Virus record (IMG/VR): IMGVR_UViG_3300033489_000010
Location: 1 to 57,418 of that record
Length of the DNA: 57,418 nt
Direction: 5' to 3' (one strand)
From: a virus
Lineage: Duplodnaviria; Caudoviricetes
Part shown: piece by piece, positions 21,001-28,263 of the stretch
Layout of the letters: every line of letters begins with the position of its first letter
Numbering within the stretch: position 1 is the first letter of the stretch
Translations under genes and position numbers: made by a program
Notes under the pieces: model-generated
Seen by the model: only the letters and a program-made list of their open reading frames with translations
Told to the model about the DNA's origin: nothing
Databases searched by the model: none

Positions 21001-21266
21001 CCCCAATTTTTAACGGAGTCAGAGCCAACCGCTGATCCGACAAGAGCTGTTGCACCATATAAACTGGCCTGCGTTTGATCAATGCCTCGTTTGATACCTG
21101 GGATGAAATCATTGTCAGATTGCACTTCAAATTCATCTTCACTTATTGCTGTAGGCGGACCAAATTTAAAATTAGAATTCTCTAAAATTCCACCACTTGC
21201 TGAGCCTATGTCAAACTCATCAGGACTGATTGCAACTGCATTTTTCCCAAGAAAAAAAGCCGACAT
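9033..21266 (-). CDS. Giant 4077-aa polyvalent (DarB-like) virion ejection protein: inorganic pyrophosphatase-like, N6-adenine MTase, Strawberry-notch SF2 helicase, zincin and LPD38-like domains
   Basis: AGNYQKDH..IENP.GS.R...HYGY...DGDQVDVF..DEHK (about 19.4-19.0 kb); YSTP/EPSAGNG/NPPF (18.1-17.8 kb); GDQTGVGKGR, DEAH, QSGATGLSLHA, QMLGRIHR (16.1-14.5 kb); HEIEH (about 12.0 kb); RIPKPFEIG (about 9.8 kb). Confidence 0.85.
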   Translation of the reverse strand: MSAFFLGKNAVAISPDEFDIGSASGGILENSNFKFGPPTAISEDEFEVQSDNDFIPGIKRGIDQTQASLYGATALVGSAVGSDSVKNWGMQGYQRNMAEAEENPAKQTFKDVYTGKAGIGGSVDWLQGTLGELVPSMAEAAIGTIIGTGVAPGPGSAIGGFASRTILKKSIESMTKEAVEAQIAKGVITEASKGIAETELKKQITKQALMKLGGKVGMGAAVLPLESGGNYAQLLQEKGIDAPGTALFFGALSTSLEYAGGNSELIDQFVDVVGSGSGKAIKSAAMGLITNIPKEVLQEGGQEVFSILNTVANTDEKFLTPANIEQIIEAMGAGAVGGAGGAGVSIGANALLKDKPTNLLDPNKGFSGEDLTKSPQAPADSFQTAMRTAPAEQYSDTIPFAGVPNEEELGWMDEINRQRNPAPPAPTETPSTSDPVQSLREQNQQAMTGIYSQPDPAITKQGIDQSQDLLSKNIDTFRQVRSREASVQALELRQQAMGQTDQPVFQRAMVNGPDESTMPLPADMPAFQRGMADTSDEGKYRPFAGLADMLPRQALPVFPENNYDDGLDVAPAEVETSPVRDQRKFQQGLTDNFGMQDLPAEAISTLRPVFEHEVEPEKINTNPSEAQKEAGNYQKDHIKIDGLNITIENPDGSIRKGKDKSGKEWQSTMSGHYGYFKRTEGKDGDQVDVFIKPGTETSPKVFVVDQVDPGTGKFDEHKAVLGAGSKEEAESIYLANYEKGWKGLGNITEMGTEDFKAWVKDGNRTKKPVFSDTAIAPQTTGLKPGDPVSWNGKNGDQFSGKLEKKQSDKMWFIRKQDGKGTFVKEKDLSLNVPENIPENVPESTITEPIKKDDDMDLRGAIGRNPDGKRIYVDERGARSYQEESGLRVGHPVRLVPTRSGVMPQPHNPKDLYKQGATDYLTIEEIAEFDREKVEKESKEKIDTKEQPTKSDITDFFLSAFRSGKGFANILQARKAFADETGFIIKAGTQDAKMVDEAIETAGVLAARAIIDGGKKHNGTSEKIFDKLVDLQNRMPNLSVRTSTSVRDQAYSTPLPLAWIASELAGITSGKTVYEPSAGNGALLIGSNPEKVTANELNPDRYNTLLGMGFNVIFNLDGTEISAAEKVDAVIGNPPFGVVKDDAGVSKTWKINDQYPTTQIDHAIVFKALESMKDNGWAVFIVGSVNDKNITPEGRKLLYRAKDKVLFYKTLFDNYNVVDHFSLSGDLYAKQGAAWPVDFIVIDGKGKSKLALPGAVPPPYLKTLEELKGKLDGKTTQRPDSLGSSRGELGAMDSSGMAPEGGDPDAKLPQIPDDRPGSEPDKQSGISPGSGKDAGKDPGERRSVTGRNDIPEIDKDGGTRSDVGPDQRTPVSSPVDDGSSRQPADKPDNGDQPGSRRNPKTDGSGNLDGKPGLTDELKNISESDLDSMLDDAFGPDITVPKDISEELQNMSVEEIDGLIDDVFNTSTDDIAIPVEKPDRGRRSSEVGLQSSRAKNEKAIEQYLKNWARREAQKNKPPNRKPKTKKDLLNDFALESLSDVKDAIKGLNALFTPRNTLSSGFVFNEETYKAARPFFASAWDHAKKAGHTLKQLIQYLATQTGAELKPYLKRFFMEQSQQLQPKPKEKAKANSGQVPYIPSSKSPAIETLTPVNMSEAIKKALADINEKHGLVDEYVSEKLGYSQDELKEYFSGEQVDAIALAINNIDKGAGFIIGDQTGVGKGRVVAAMIRFAMERGLTPIFVTEKPNLYTDMYRDLSDIGMSDMADRILITNADQKISLTEDGDKVIRTTNKHNSLLKQMADNGFLDSKYSVIFTTYDQTNKPGSAQRVFLEAMAEKNGMLILDEAHKAGGSEGAQETNEKYPRSIWFRRLIQSAHSTFYSSATYAKRPSTMDLYSKTDMRLAVDDIKDLSGAISAGGVPLQQAVAAMLVEAGQYVRRERSFDGVEYATKATKIDQVRARDVSISLNQIKKFSEEFIEPAISELADQGAFDGTGIGGMSAAAAPQISSVSFASTMHNLISQMLLSLKTQAAVDEAIKAVKEDKKPVITLSNTMGSFIEQYVEDNGLKPGDGIGLKFNDLLFKYLDNTRRYTETKPGGNKKDVIRHYISDDDLGPEGVREFNRVKKLIFDMDLDGLPVSPVDYMIFKLKGAGLNASEITGRNHMIEYRPDGSQRYRMRGTKDKSIAGRTKTIYDFNTDKTDVLILNQSGATGLSLHAVPKWEGHDPKPRVMIIAQAEANIDTHMQMLGRIHRAGQVKTPSYIQLMGDIPSEKRPAAVLAGKMASLNANTTASKDSEVTAKNVVDFINKYGDKVVARLMADFPEMHSAIGSPLKNSDKTESGLDEDGAARKVTGRIPLLPTIKEQEDLYALIEEGYTDLIDQLDAMGENDLEAKTFDTDAKTLKKATVFDGKGDKSPFTSNAFAEEVDMKKIGKSYSSEEVVNLLKENIFGLDSKEARTTEKSLNELANEGRDKHYDKSSDILNRFLDYRNGILDDIEDEERLRAQASRLDAIRDDWERVFYSSVPGSILEIPIGDTYFETVVLGVEQKGNPKNPLALGTWKVTVAVPDSTRKLVVPFSFINRMESFSNNGKINESVLSKFDRSSQSARETRVIMTGNLLAAFARYPKGRIINFADDKGRVRQGILMPAKFDLNKESQGRPITLTNTKDIMTVLSNNIFVRSRRGDFAITPKQDGSGTISVPASKASGSRYYLNSGLIDSVGSDFVKSGNRMKVFVPAGRMKRTLDHLINGMEEVFENAADSVKVMDILGIKTPEFSEQPINQQDGEVQYHSSLQNNKNPDNKESVKSETGKGDDITTGLTPQPDGGINLESINKSVKAFKDGKISVKTVGYRYGEAPESGQSYNSRENKYESGVSMASVFGFDESRGFATMDAASKRKIYYYEGEVIGFGGDDEFVMSNLSPISKAEYNKKGPSYKQSELILKINQLNTAKYLKGMGYQGYDKEATQKQKAVDDLIEIINSSPNPSSTPGEGVQYSSQTPSQLVTISDIQKAFPGQDVSISDDGSVRIRTQGGGELQITSVEPGKHGSLILDMKTGKRNEKGQILGAYRKNKIELVKDLAGTWTLNHEIEHWLEDIGIIGPREKLILDSRINAAKAQLNFELVADQRENRANYIARVLEERRYERDTLLGEIIQKIRDFLDSIRNLFGPSVRKIAREMESGKIYNKIPGQTDSNETLFNKGIIDEKFYSEPTTREQISGMIDKAKSKDERTLARDRFITKTLDHLHFIKERLGDEPYKLHRMLTGIKSATFAMFLEHGPMAWVGDTIAVTERGKGVIPFLRAIGPDWRNLLYWVAAKRAEQLEAEGRENWLDKDARDKLFAKVGTHAKNGQTWAALNLKLQSINKNVLDIAEQAGLIDPESRAEWESNFYIPFYRIMEDPISQQEFLSGPRKNWRHISAQIKKLKGGEAKIGDPLENLLKNWMHLVDASVRNRARQRAFEAGETVGIIEEVEKKDLVKILGSETVTRFAVVKEGATKGRDIFGTKEKAETWAYSLEDDGKGQYSVEPRKEYKVMFGSMKDYGILSFQKNGEPVYFKTTDEDLYESLSELDMKAFNNILMRMMGGAKRILSFGATFGPAFRIRNMIRDTIHTAVVAKNFVPFLDTASGFIKSMKEDKDYIEFMSTGFGFGSSYVKSDDPKTASRFIDKIVRSEGKSAIRRIIDPFKPWDNALFRVWDKIGEASENAARLGLYTRLKSKGYSNLDAGFEARDLLDFSMRGSSGTVQALTRIVPFLNARVQGLYKLSRSANENPKAFFLKSAILTTAALALWSLFKDDDRYKSLEDWDKWTYFHFWIGDQHYRIPKPFEIGALFASLPESVANVMNGTEEGKFVWDWFKFTARDVFNIDMPQMVKPIMEERFNMSTFKGRRIVPDSMKNLKPSEQYMPWTSDTMKMIGGSLNVSPLKLEHFVNGYFSTMGAMVLFGTDAMSRSAMGYPDLPEGRRNPFALGVMDTGDVRSSKDVQRFYDLYEKIDGLNRTLNHYLKTGRREDARNLVIENKNLLRVKKPVTKIRQNLADINDEIKRIYSSNDNSEEKQNKINALNKRRNEITKNLFESLRASE
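17030..17455 (-). CDS. Candidate nested (overprinted) gene in an alternative frame of the giant gene's disordered linker
   Basis: 141-codon ORF; AAAGGA SD 7 nt before the ATG; helical globular-like composition exactly spanning a G/D/P/S/R-rich linker of the main frame. Confidence 0.45.
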   Translation of the reverse strand: MERPHKDLIAWAPPEESSAQWIAAVWLPKGETLTPSYHRYLMIDLVQNLINKAEYPQEAAKMLEKTLENADLLQDGMISPRSTRTAALDLMSDQINERLYHHLSMMGVHDNLPTSPIMETSPEAEEILRLMDLETWMENLA

Positions 21267-21269
21267 GTT

Positions 21270-23234
21270 TTATTTTCTCCCCGAAATGTTTGGTGTCATG
21301 ATCTGACCACGTCCACGCATAGCTGTTGGGTCCATCGGATATTTGTTTTCGTATTGCGGCATTGTCTCTTCGAGCTGTCCTTTCCCGGCCATGATTCGGA
21401 TCTGTGCCATTTCATCAGTATCCGGCTGCCGGATTACACCAGATTCATCCATTATCATATACCCATATTTAGTCCGGCCAATCTGTTTACCTTCGGCAAG
21501 TTGACCAATGGGTTTAAAATCATCAGGGGAATTTTGTATGTTCGATTCATTTCGGCCAGCTTCTGATTCTTGATCTATGTCTATATCTTGTTCAGTCTGT
21601 GTTTTTTCTGTTGCCAATGGAGAAATATCCGATTGACCACCCATTACTTGGACATATTTTCCGTCCTGTTGTTTCACCCACCATGTTCCATCTCCTTTGC
21701 GTCTTTGAGCGCCTTCAACTGGTGGCCTATCCCCTGTATATGGTTGAGCTTGCCCTATCTGCTCTGGTTTTGGCTCAACTTTTTGTTCTTCCGGTAATTT
21801 ATAAGACGCCGACAAAAACTGTCTGCCCTGTTCCCAAAGCTGAATAGCCTGCCGTGACGCTTCAAGTTTCATTTTACCGGTTTCATTTAGAGTTGCGGCC
21901 TTATCTTTATTTTGCTCAAAGAAAGTCATTGCTGCCTGCATTGCATTTTCCCCACCAGAGGATAGACCATCACCGTCTCCTCCAAAGAGATTAACTCCCG
22001 GTTTTGCGAAGGGAGATAGAGACAAAGATATTCCATCTTTATACGCCTTTATCTGTTTCCCCATTGCATCGGCCCCCTCGGCTATGTTAGATCTGTTATG
22101 AGCATTCATGGCAGATTCCGATGTCTTGATCTGCTGTTCATTCAAGCGGATATCACCCAGGGCTTTTTCTCTCTTTAAATCTTCATACCGAAACCCGGCA
22201 TTCTGTAATGCCTGAATGGATTTGAAGACAGTTTCGTTATTGTCCTGATCCATTACAATATAATGAACGCTGTCGGTACCGTTTACCGGTTTTTGAGGAA
22301 AAACATAGAATTCTTTCTGACCTTTCTTCATATACTGGCCCTTACCGCCTTCTCCGCCTCCGCTTTTTGCACCGGAAGGCTTCCTGGCTTCTTCGTTCCA
22401 TTCAAGCGTCGCTTGCTTGAACATGTATGATGACCTTGAAAATTCCTCTGGGGTCATTCCATTGATTTTTCCCATAACATCTGAGAATTTCATTGATGTT
22501 CCGTTAGGTTCGTATTGCCCTGACCCGGAATGCAGATAGAACTCCTGAAATGTATCTGAGTCTTTGTCATATTCATATTTATACGGCATGGACATTTTTT
22601 TTGACATGCCGGATATCATTTTTGCTGCGGATTCTTTATCCCCTGTTTGAAGTGCATCGCTGATCAGTTTTTTGTCTTTTACGAAATCAGCGTATTGCTG
22701 CATGTCACTGACAGACCGCTGCTTTAAAAAAGCGTCCTTGTTTTCCAAGGATTCCCGCATTGTTTTTGCGGCAAGTGATTGCGCTATTGCTACATCAGAC
22801 GGTTTGAATTTTCCCTTCTGATTTTCCGGAATATCGAATGTGCCTGACCCTATAAAAATATCTAATAGTTTTCTGACATTCTCATCACTCTCAAGATCTC
22901 CGATAGCTTTCTTGGCCTGCTTCATCCCAGCTACCATGGCCATGGATTTGCTTTGCGCTTCCGGGCTACCCTTAAGAGCCATGGCTGTCATCGGTGCAGA
23001 CTCATCAACCGGGACGGAGTACGCATCCCCTCCGGCCTCTGTTTGGCCCTGGCCCTGAGACATAAGAGCATTGAAATTGGATGCCGTGTCAGTCTCATCC
23101 TGTAGCTTTTTCTTATATTCATCCTGATTTTGTTTGAAAGAGATGTTCCTCTGGCCCATGCCCTGAACAGCATTAAGCGCAGAAGTAACAGTCGCAAAAT
23201 CATTGAATCCTACTCTACCCCATTGATCTGGCAT
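21270..23234 (-). CDS. Probable internal virion/ejection protein
   Basis: 654 aa, helical and Q/M-rich; synteny upstream of the giant protein. Confidence 0.6.
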   Translation of the reverse strand: MPDQWGRVGFNDFATVTSALNAVQGMGQRNISFKQNQDEYKKKLQDETDTASNFNALMSQGQGQTEAGGDAYSVPVDESAPMTAMALKGSPEAQSKSMAMVAGMKQAKKAIGDLESDENVRKLLDIFIGSGTFDIPENQKGKFKPSDVAIAQSLAAKTMRESLENKDAFLKQRSVSDMQQYADFVKDKKLISDALQTGDKESAAKMISGMSKKMSMPYKYEYDKDSDTFQEFYLHSGSGQYEPNGTSMKFSDVMGKINGMTPEEFSRSSYMFKQATLEWNEEARKPSGAKSGGGEGGKGQYMKKGQKEFYVFPQKPVNGTDSVHYIVMDQDNNETVFKSIQALQNAGFRYEDLKREKALGDIRLNEQQIKTSESAMNAHNRSNIAEGADAMGKQIKAYKDGISLSLSPFAKPGVNLFGGDGDGLSSGGENAMQAAMTFFEQNKDKAATLNETGKMKLEASRQAIQLWEQGRQFLSASYKLPEEQKVEPKPEQIGQAQPYTGDRPPVEGAQRRKGDGTWWVKQQDGKYVQVMGGQSDISPLATEKTQTEQDIDIDQESEAGRNESNIQNSPDDFKPIGQLAEGKQIGRTKYGYMIMDESGVIRQPDTDEMAQIRIMAGKGQLEETMPQYENKYPMDPTAMRGRGQIMTPNISGRK

Positions 23235-23255
23235 GATGTTTTCCCTTATCGATAT

Positions 23256-23546
23256 TTAAGACAACAAATAAGCCCCTATACCAAGGGCAGCGCCTAACGC
23301 CAATCCAACCCCGCCGGTACCCACTCCCAAAGCGGTCAATGCACCGGCGCCTATTTCTGTACCCGCCAAGGCTGACATGGCTGTAGCTCCGCCTACCCCA
23401 GACATTATCGCTCCACCAGCCGTCGGACCCGGTTTCCGGTTAGCCGGGATATCCTTCATCATTGACCCATATGTCCCTGATGCCTGGCTCATACCCTGCA
23501 TGGCCTTCTCCATTGGATTTGAAACCGTATACATATTAACCCCCAT
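23256..23546 (-). CDS. Glycine-zipper virion membrane protein (ejection protein)
   Basis: GxxxG-rich hydrophobic C-terminus GVGLALGAALGIGAYLLS. Confidence 0.6.
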   Translation of the reverse strand: MGVNMYTVSNPMEKAMQGMSQASGTYGSMMKDIPANRKPGPTAGGAIMSGVGGATAMSALAGTEIGAGALTALGVGTGGVGLALGAALGIGAYLLS

Positions 23547-24210
23547 ATCCCATTGCTGTGGTCAGTCTTGCAAAATTTTCCTGTTCTGCATTAGTCCTGG
23601 CCGTGTTCATAGCCCCAGCAACTGTCTTAGCCTGATTTAGGCTATTTGAATTTATTGCATTTGCGAAAGCCCCGGAATTAGGATTGATGCCCATCCTTGA
23701 GGCATTCCGTCTCGTAATGGAGTCAGAATTTTTAAAAGAAGTGATCGCATCCGCAGCCGCCCTACTTGCCCTTGATTCAACATCCACCCCGGTCAATGCC
23801 TGTTCAAAAAACTTAGACGTTACGGGTGCTTTAGCATTGATCGTAGAAAGGTCAGAAGCATTTTTTGCCTTGCCCAAAGCGACTTGGCCCGGCAGGATAT
23901 CTCTTTCGGCCTGCATCTTTTCAACATTCATGGCTGTTTCAACAGGGATCATTTCCATGTTGGCGGCGATCTGAGCCTTTTCCATGGCTGTTTCAACAGG
24001 GATCATTTCCATGTTGGCGGCGATCTGAGCCTTTTCCATGGGTTGATAGTCTGATTTCCAGAAATCAAAGGACTGGTTCGCCATATCCTGCTGTGTCTCG
24101 GCAAGCGTAGCCATGCGGGCGTTATAAGCTGCATCATATGATTCTCCGCTGCTTCCGCCTTTAAAAAAAAGATTATTCCACAACTGCTGTCTTTGTCTAG
24201 GAGTCTTCAT
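23536..24210 (-). CDS. Probable DNA-transfer/ejection protein
   Basis: FKGGSSG N-terminal motif, Ala/Gln-rich, RMGINPNSG; follows the GNAT-like gene as in podoviral ejection modules. Confidence 0.6.
   Translation of the reverse strand: MKTPRQRQQLWNNLFFKGGSSGESYDAAYNARMATLAETQQDMANQSFDFWKSDYQPMEKAQIAANMEMIPVETAMEKAQIAANMEMIPVETAMNVEKMQAERDILPGQVALGKAKNASDLSTINAKAPVTSKFFEQALTGVDVESRASRAAADAITSFKNSDSITRRNASRMGINPNSGAFANAINSNSLNQAKTVAGAMNTARTNAEQENFARLTTAMGYGG
23929..24041. repeat. Perfect 54-bp tandem duplication (MEKAQIAANMEMIPVETA x2) bounded by CATGG microhomology
   Basis: Units start at 23929 and 23983; a third CATGG lies at 24037. Confidence 0.95.
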
Positions 24211-24751
24211 TCACCGCCCCCCTTGTGTAATAAATAAAAAAAGCATCTTCGCTTTTCCCGGTGTGCCCGTTAAAAATTGCATTTGGGATAGTGCCATATG
24301 TTTTGCCGCCACATTTCATTGAAAATTTTATAGCCTTCTCGTTCCATACCGGAACAAATCCGGTAAGCAGATCAAGGATGAATTCTCCATCCTGATTCTT
24401 CATATTCATAATTTCATCGAGAACAAACTTGCCGACATCCAATGTCTTTCCCCAATATTCCTTAAACACGCAAAAATGCTGCCGTGCAGTTCTGTTCTCG
24501 AATCTATTCAACCACACATACCCAATATTATCAACACCATCGAAAATGAAATAAAATGCTGCCCCCGGGTGTTTTACCATTTTCAAAAACTGTTCTGCAT
24601 TCCAAATGGTGCCTTCATAAAAAACAATCTTATCCAGACCATCGGCCACGGTTCTTTCCCAAAGTTTTTTTATGTCCGAATCCGCCGCCGTCCGGATTCC
24701 GTCGATTTCGGTATATGATAAAAGCCTGAATGCCATGAGTTTATTTCCCAA
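24197..24751 (-). CDS. GNAT-like acetyltransferase-fold virion-module protein
   Basis: IGYVWL...ARQHFCVFKEYWGK...TGFVP.WN.KAIKF..KCG...G.IPN pattern; typical position before ejection genes. Confidence 0.65.
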   Translation of the reverse strand: MGNKLMAFRLLSYTEIDGIRTAADSDIKKLWERTVADGLDKIVFYEGTIWNAEQFLKMVKHPGAAFYFIFDGVDNIGYVWLNRFENRTARQHFCVFKEYWGKTLDVGKFVLDEIMNMKNQDGEFILDLLTGFVPVWNEKAIKFSMKCGGKTYGTIPNAIFNGHTGKSEDAFFIYYTRGAVNEDS

Positions 24752-25103
24752 TTTGTCCTACAAGATTACCGGAAACATCAAGCTTGCCTTCCTTTTTCAA
24801 CTCGGCCTCGGCAAGCTCCCTGATTTTTGCTTGTATTAATTTTTCTTTTACCTGCGCTTCATTGGCTGAATTTACAGCATCAAGATCAACCGTTATGCCG
24901 GAGTTGATATCCCCGGTCCAGAAATACACATGTTCTTTTGGCAACTCTTCGTCTTCATAATCTCGATAAACCGCGCCCTTAGGGGTCTGTTTGTCAAAGA
25001 TCCTTTTCAGCCAATCTTCCCGCGATTCATTTTCTTTCTGTTCGTAAGGGAATGGTGAGATAAACATAATTGATTTGTCTGGGTTGAACACTATTCTTTT
25101 CAT
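24741..25103 (-). CDS. Tail-fibre-associated protein (chaperone-like)
   Basis: Directly downstream of the fibre gene; ELP..H..FW motif. Confidence 0.5.
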   Translation of the reverse strand: MKRIVFNPDKSIMFISPFPYEQKENESREDWLKRIFDKQTPKGAVYRDYEDEELPKEHVYFWTGDINSGITVDLDAVNSANEAQVKEKLIQAKIRELAEAELKKEGKLDVSGNLVGQIGK

Positions 25104-25787
25104 TTACACCTCCACGGCTATGATGTTAAATGCCTTATCCGCAAGGCTACCAGTAGTTTCATAAGTCAAAACATTTGCGGCCCCGGCGGTTTGTGATCCA
25201 ACCTCTATAAACCCATTGCCACCAAACAATGAAACGAAAGCGGAATAATTGGTTGTAGAAAAATCATCGCCCCATGTCACGGTATAATTCCCCGTGCTGT
25301 TCCTTGAAGATGAGGCATTAAACCCGGCCACTAAAGCGCCAGCAGAATTTACCTTTGCAAAACCCTTTGCGCCTCTTTCCAATAATCTGCTTGACGGCTC
25401 AGCACTTTCGCCTAATTTGCCGGTGCCCGTGGTTATGACAATTTTGTCAGCGGTTAGATTAGCAGTGACAACCGTGGATGCCGCTCCTGTGATTGTGGCT
25501 TGCTTTGCAGCAAACTGTGTCTGGATTGAACTCGTGACTCCATGGACATACGCCATTTCAGTCGGTGTGACTGTCTGGATATCTTTCCCGTTCATATCCA
25601 GGTTTCCGCCAAGTTGTGGGGTGGTGTCATTCACAATATCAAATGCCACGAATTCCATTCCTGACTCATCACTCTTGACCCTGGATATTTTTAAAGCATC
25701 ACCGGCAACAATTGTTGCCAGTTTTGAAGCTTTTGTAACTGCTGAATCTATAACTGCCCCAGCATGTGAAGATGTATAATCAGCCAT
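25104..25787 (-). CDS. Short tail fibre protein
   Basis: DIVNDTTPQLGGNLDMNG; TEMAYVHGVTSSIQTQ; C-terminal RNSTGNYTVTW...NY domain, all frequent in phage fibres. Confidence 0.7.
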   Translation of the reverse strand: MADYTSSHAGAVIDSAVTKASKLATIVAGDALKISRVKSDESGMEFVAFDIVNDTTPQLGGNLDMNGKDIQTVTPTEMAYVHGVTSSIQTQFAAKQATITGAASTVVTANLTADKIVITTGTGKLGESAEPSSRLLERGAKGFAKVNSAGALVAGFNASSSRNSTGNYTVTWGDDFSTTNYSAFVSLFGGNGFIEVGSQTAGAANVLTYETTGSLADKAFNIIAVEV

Positions 25788-25806
25788 ATTTTTTAAAACT
25801 CCTCAT

Positions 25807-26022
25807 TTATAATGGATAAGGATTTTGTTTGGTGCATCTTAAAAAAACCTCCGGATCAATCCCAAGTTTTTCAAGGTCACGGACGGTTAATGCCCGGTCA
25901 AGATCAGAATTCTTTTTCTTTCCTGTCAGCGTGTCTATAATGTCCTTTGCGGCATCAAAAAACTTTTGGTAATCCCTATTGTTAGTTACTCTTGGTAAAT
26001 TCTCAGACATTGACAACCTCAC
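25807..26022 (-). CDS. Small tail-module hypothetical protein
   Basis: LTG....DRALTVRDL..LG motif; overlaps the tail tubular gene stop. Confidence 0.55.
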   Translation of the reverse strand: MRLSMSENLPRVTNNRDYQKFFDAAKDIIDTLTGKKKNSDLDRALTVRDLEKLGIDPEVFLRCTKQNPYPL

Positions 26023-27718
26023 TCATAGACGAGCCTATCATTATTTTTTCAACCGTGGCTTTGCCGATCAGCATAACATGAAATTGATTCCCACGGATAG
26101 GGCCTGCAATCCTGAACGGGCTATCATTTGACACGGTTTTTGAAAAATGAAGGGCATCATCAATATACAATTGAAAAACGACCGATCCATTTGAAAAATC
26201 ACCAACCACTCTTCCGCATGTCAGAGCTACAACAGAGCCGGTCCAATATTCTTTTGATTTCCATTCATAATCGACAATACTTCCGCTTTCCCATGCGACA
26301 ATTTCCCTCGCAAGCTCTGTTTCCTGAATCAAATATAGAGTGTCGTATGTCAGGGAGTATGGAGATCCTGTGACAAGGAATTGATACCCATCAGACGTGA
26401 GAAAATTTTTTGAATCGGAATCTAGAAGGTCGTATGTGTTAATGCTGACAGTTGAAACATACTGCCCTCCATAAACAGGGCTATCTGTTTCAAATCTCCG
26501 TATTTCATTGGTGCCTGTTTTAATTTCAATTCCCTGGTTTGTTCCTTCAAAAAATGCCACATACGCATCATTATAATAGAATGAGAACACTTTCTCAGGC
26601 CCGAGAGCCTCCCATTGCTCTTTCGTGAAAACCCCTTCTGTAAGAATCCTTGCATTCCCGCCAGAGTCGATCATGGCCAAGCCTGGTGGCGATGAAAAAA
26701 TGACACCGTCCAGAACGCTGATTATTGATCTTTCGGATTTGCATGGCAAAACAAACGGCCTTCGGTCAACTGAAAGAGATTCAGGCTCTGACCCATAAAT
26801 CAAAAATGGAACTGTCTTGGTCAACACCACAATAGCAGACCCGTTGAATCCAAGCCCAACAATCTCAGAGGCTACAGATATCTTATATCGATCAGGAAAT
26901 GTGTATGTAATAAATGTTTCTGTCACATACACGGTATTGTCATTAAATCCGAAAATAAGACCATTGGACCCGGGAAGTATCCCTTTTAAATTACCAATTG
27001 GAGCCGTCCATCCATCGGTTGGCAAAACCTCCCCAAGGTTTTCGTCCATAATAGAATCATCATATTGCAAAGGGGAATCAGTTTTATCAAGATCATCAAC
27101 AAATTGATATTCGGCGCCAGTATCGCCGGTATTAATGCGATAGATCCGGTAATGAGTCGTGAACACTCCTGTCTCTGTGGCATCAACAAAATCTGTCAGC
27201 CTTACTGTTGCATCAGTTTTTGCAACGAATATTGCCGTAGCCGGAGATGGCGCAGACTCGACGACCGTTCCATCTTCCCAAAGACCTACTCTGGTATAGC
27301 AGTATGCAATATTTCTGTCGGTTCCTGACCCTGCAACCGTGATACTTGTTGACATGGCGGCAGCGGGAGCCGAAATCCCCAATCGTCTCGTGTTCGTCGG
27401 AAAAGGAGAGGAAACCAACGCCAGTTGAAGATTGGTTTCTTTCGGGTAATTATCCCCGGTAAAAAGGATTCGGCCCCCGCTTTCATAAATCAGTGATTCA
27501 ATCACATTTATTTTGTTACCCCATTGAAGCCATTGTTCTCCAAGGCGGTAAATAGTCTGTGCTCCTGCTTCAATATCTTGAACTGATGTGGCCCCTTTGA
27601 TTGGCTTTAAAGAGCCTTCCTTGAGGTCGCAATTGATCGCTGTTGTTGCATACCCATCCGGAAGCAGCTTGTCAGAAATCTTCGGGATTTCTCCCTTGAA
27701 CACATCTATTTTGATCAT
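26003..27718 (-). CDS. Tail tubular/nozzle (stabilization) protein
   Basis: 571 aa beta-rich; FKGEIPK..LLP, YCYT.V...ESAPSP, YRIYR, C.S.RSI, WKSKEY; synteny after the adaptors. Confidence 0.7.
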   Translation of the reverse strand: MIKIDVFKGEIPKISDKLLPDGYATTAINCDLKEGSLKPIKGATSVQDIEAGAQTIYRLGEQWLQWGNKINVIESLIYESGGRILFTGDNYPKETNLQLALVSSPFPTNTRRLGISAPAAAMSTSITVAGSGTDRNIAYCYTRVGLWEDGTVVESAPSPATAIFVAKTDATVRLTDFVDATETGVFTTHYRIYRINTGDTGAEYQFVDDLDKTDSPLQYDDSIMDENLGEVLPTDGWTAPIGNLKGILPGSNGLIFGFNDNTVYVTETFITYTFPDRYKISVASEIVGLGFNGSAIVVLTKTVPFLIYGSEPESLSVDRRPFVLPCKSERSIISVLDGVIFSSPPGLAMIDSGGNARILTEGVFTKEQWEALGPEKVFSFYYNDAYVAFFEGTNQGIEIKTGTNEIRRFETDSPVYGGQYVSTVSINTYDLLDSDSKNFLTSDGYQFLVTGSPYSLTYDTLYLIQETELAREIVAWESGSIVDYEWKSKEYWTGSVVALTCGRVVGDFSNGSVVFQLYIDDALHFSKTVSNDSPFRIAGPIRGNQFHVMLIGKATVEKIMIGSSMSEVVNV

Positions 27719-28263
27719 TATACAAAACTTCTCTGAATAACTCTGAGGTCGGTCTGATCATTAACCATAAGTGCCTTGCTTTTTGCATTTCCAAGCTCAT
27801 GCAGATATTTTGTCTGATTTACGCCGGCCAGCGCTGGATTAGCCCATTCTTTTCCAGGCATCATCATCAACTCCGCCTTTGTTTTTGATTCAATAGCTTC
27901 GAACCAATCGTCATATAAAAATGTTGGTAGACTCGTTGCCGATCTGCTTGGTTTGACAAATGTGGTGACCTGATATGTGGTGGATTCTGTGACGGCATCG
28001 TCAAGGGTAACAGTCAGCCCGGACCGTTTATATGTATGGATCTCGTTCTCATCGAGTGAAATCTGAACTCCTGTGCAGGCGGCTCCGCTTGTTACGGCAA
28101 GCGTAATTGTTGACCCACCGACATCTACAATCTTGTCCTCATCTTGTTGCCAAATTAATGAATCCTGGCAGAAATTAATTGCCGCTCTAAGAACCTCATT
28201 TTTGACAAGAGGTTTTGGACACCCGGGAACCTGCGGAAGAATAGAGTTGATAAATCTGTCCAT
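27718..28263 (-). CDS. Head-tail adaptor protein
   Basis: PQVPGCP..LV...RAAINFC..S..W and L.MMPGKEWANP.LA motifs. Confidence 0.7.
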   Translation of the reverse strand: MDRFINSILPQVPGCPKPLVKNEVLRAAINFCQDSLIWQQDEDKIVDVGGSTITLAVTSGAACTGVQISLDENEIHTYKRSGLTVTLDDAVTESTTYQVTTFVKPSRSATSLPTFLYDDWFEAIESKTKAELMMMPGKEWANPALAGVNQTKYLHELGNAKSKALMVNDQTDLRVIQRSFV

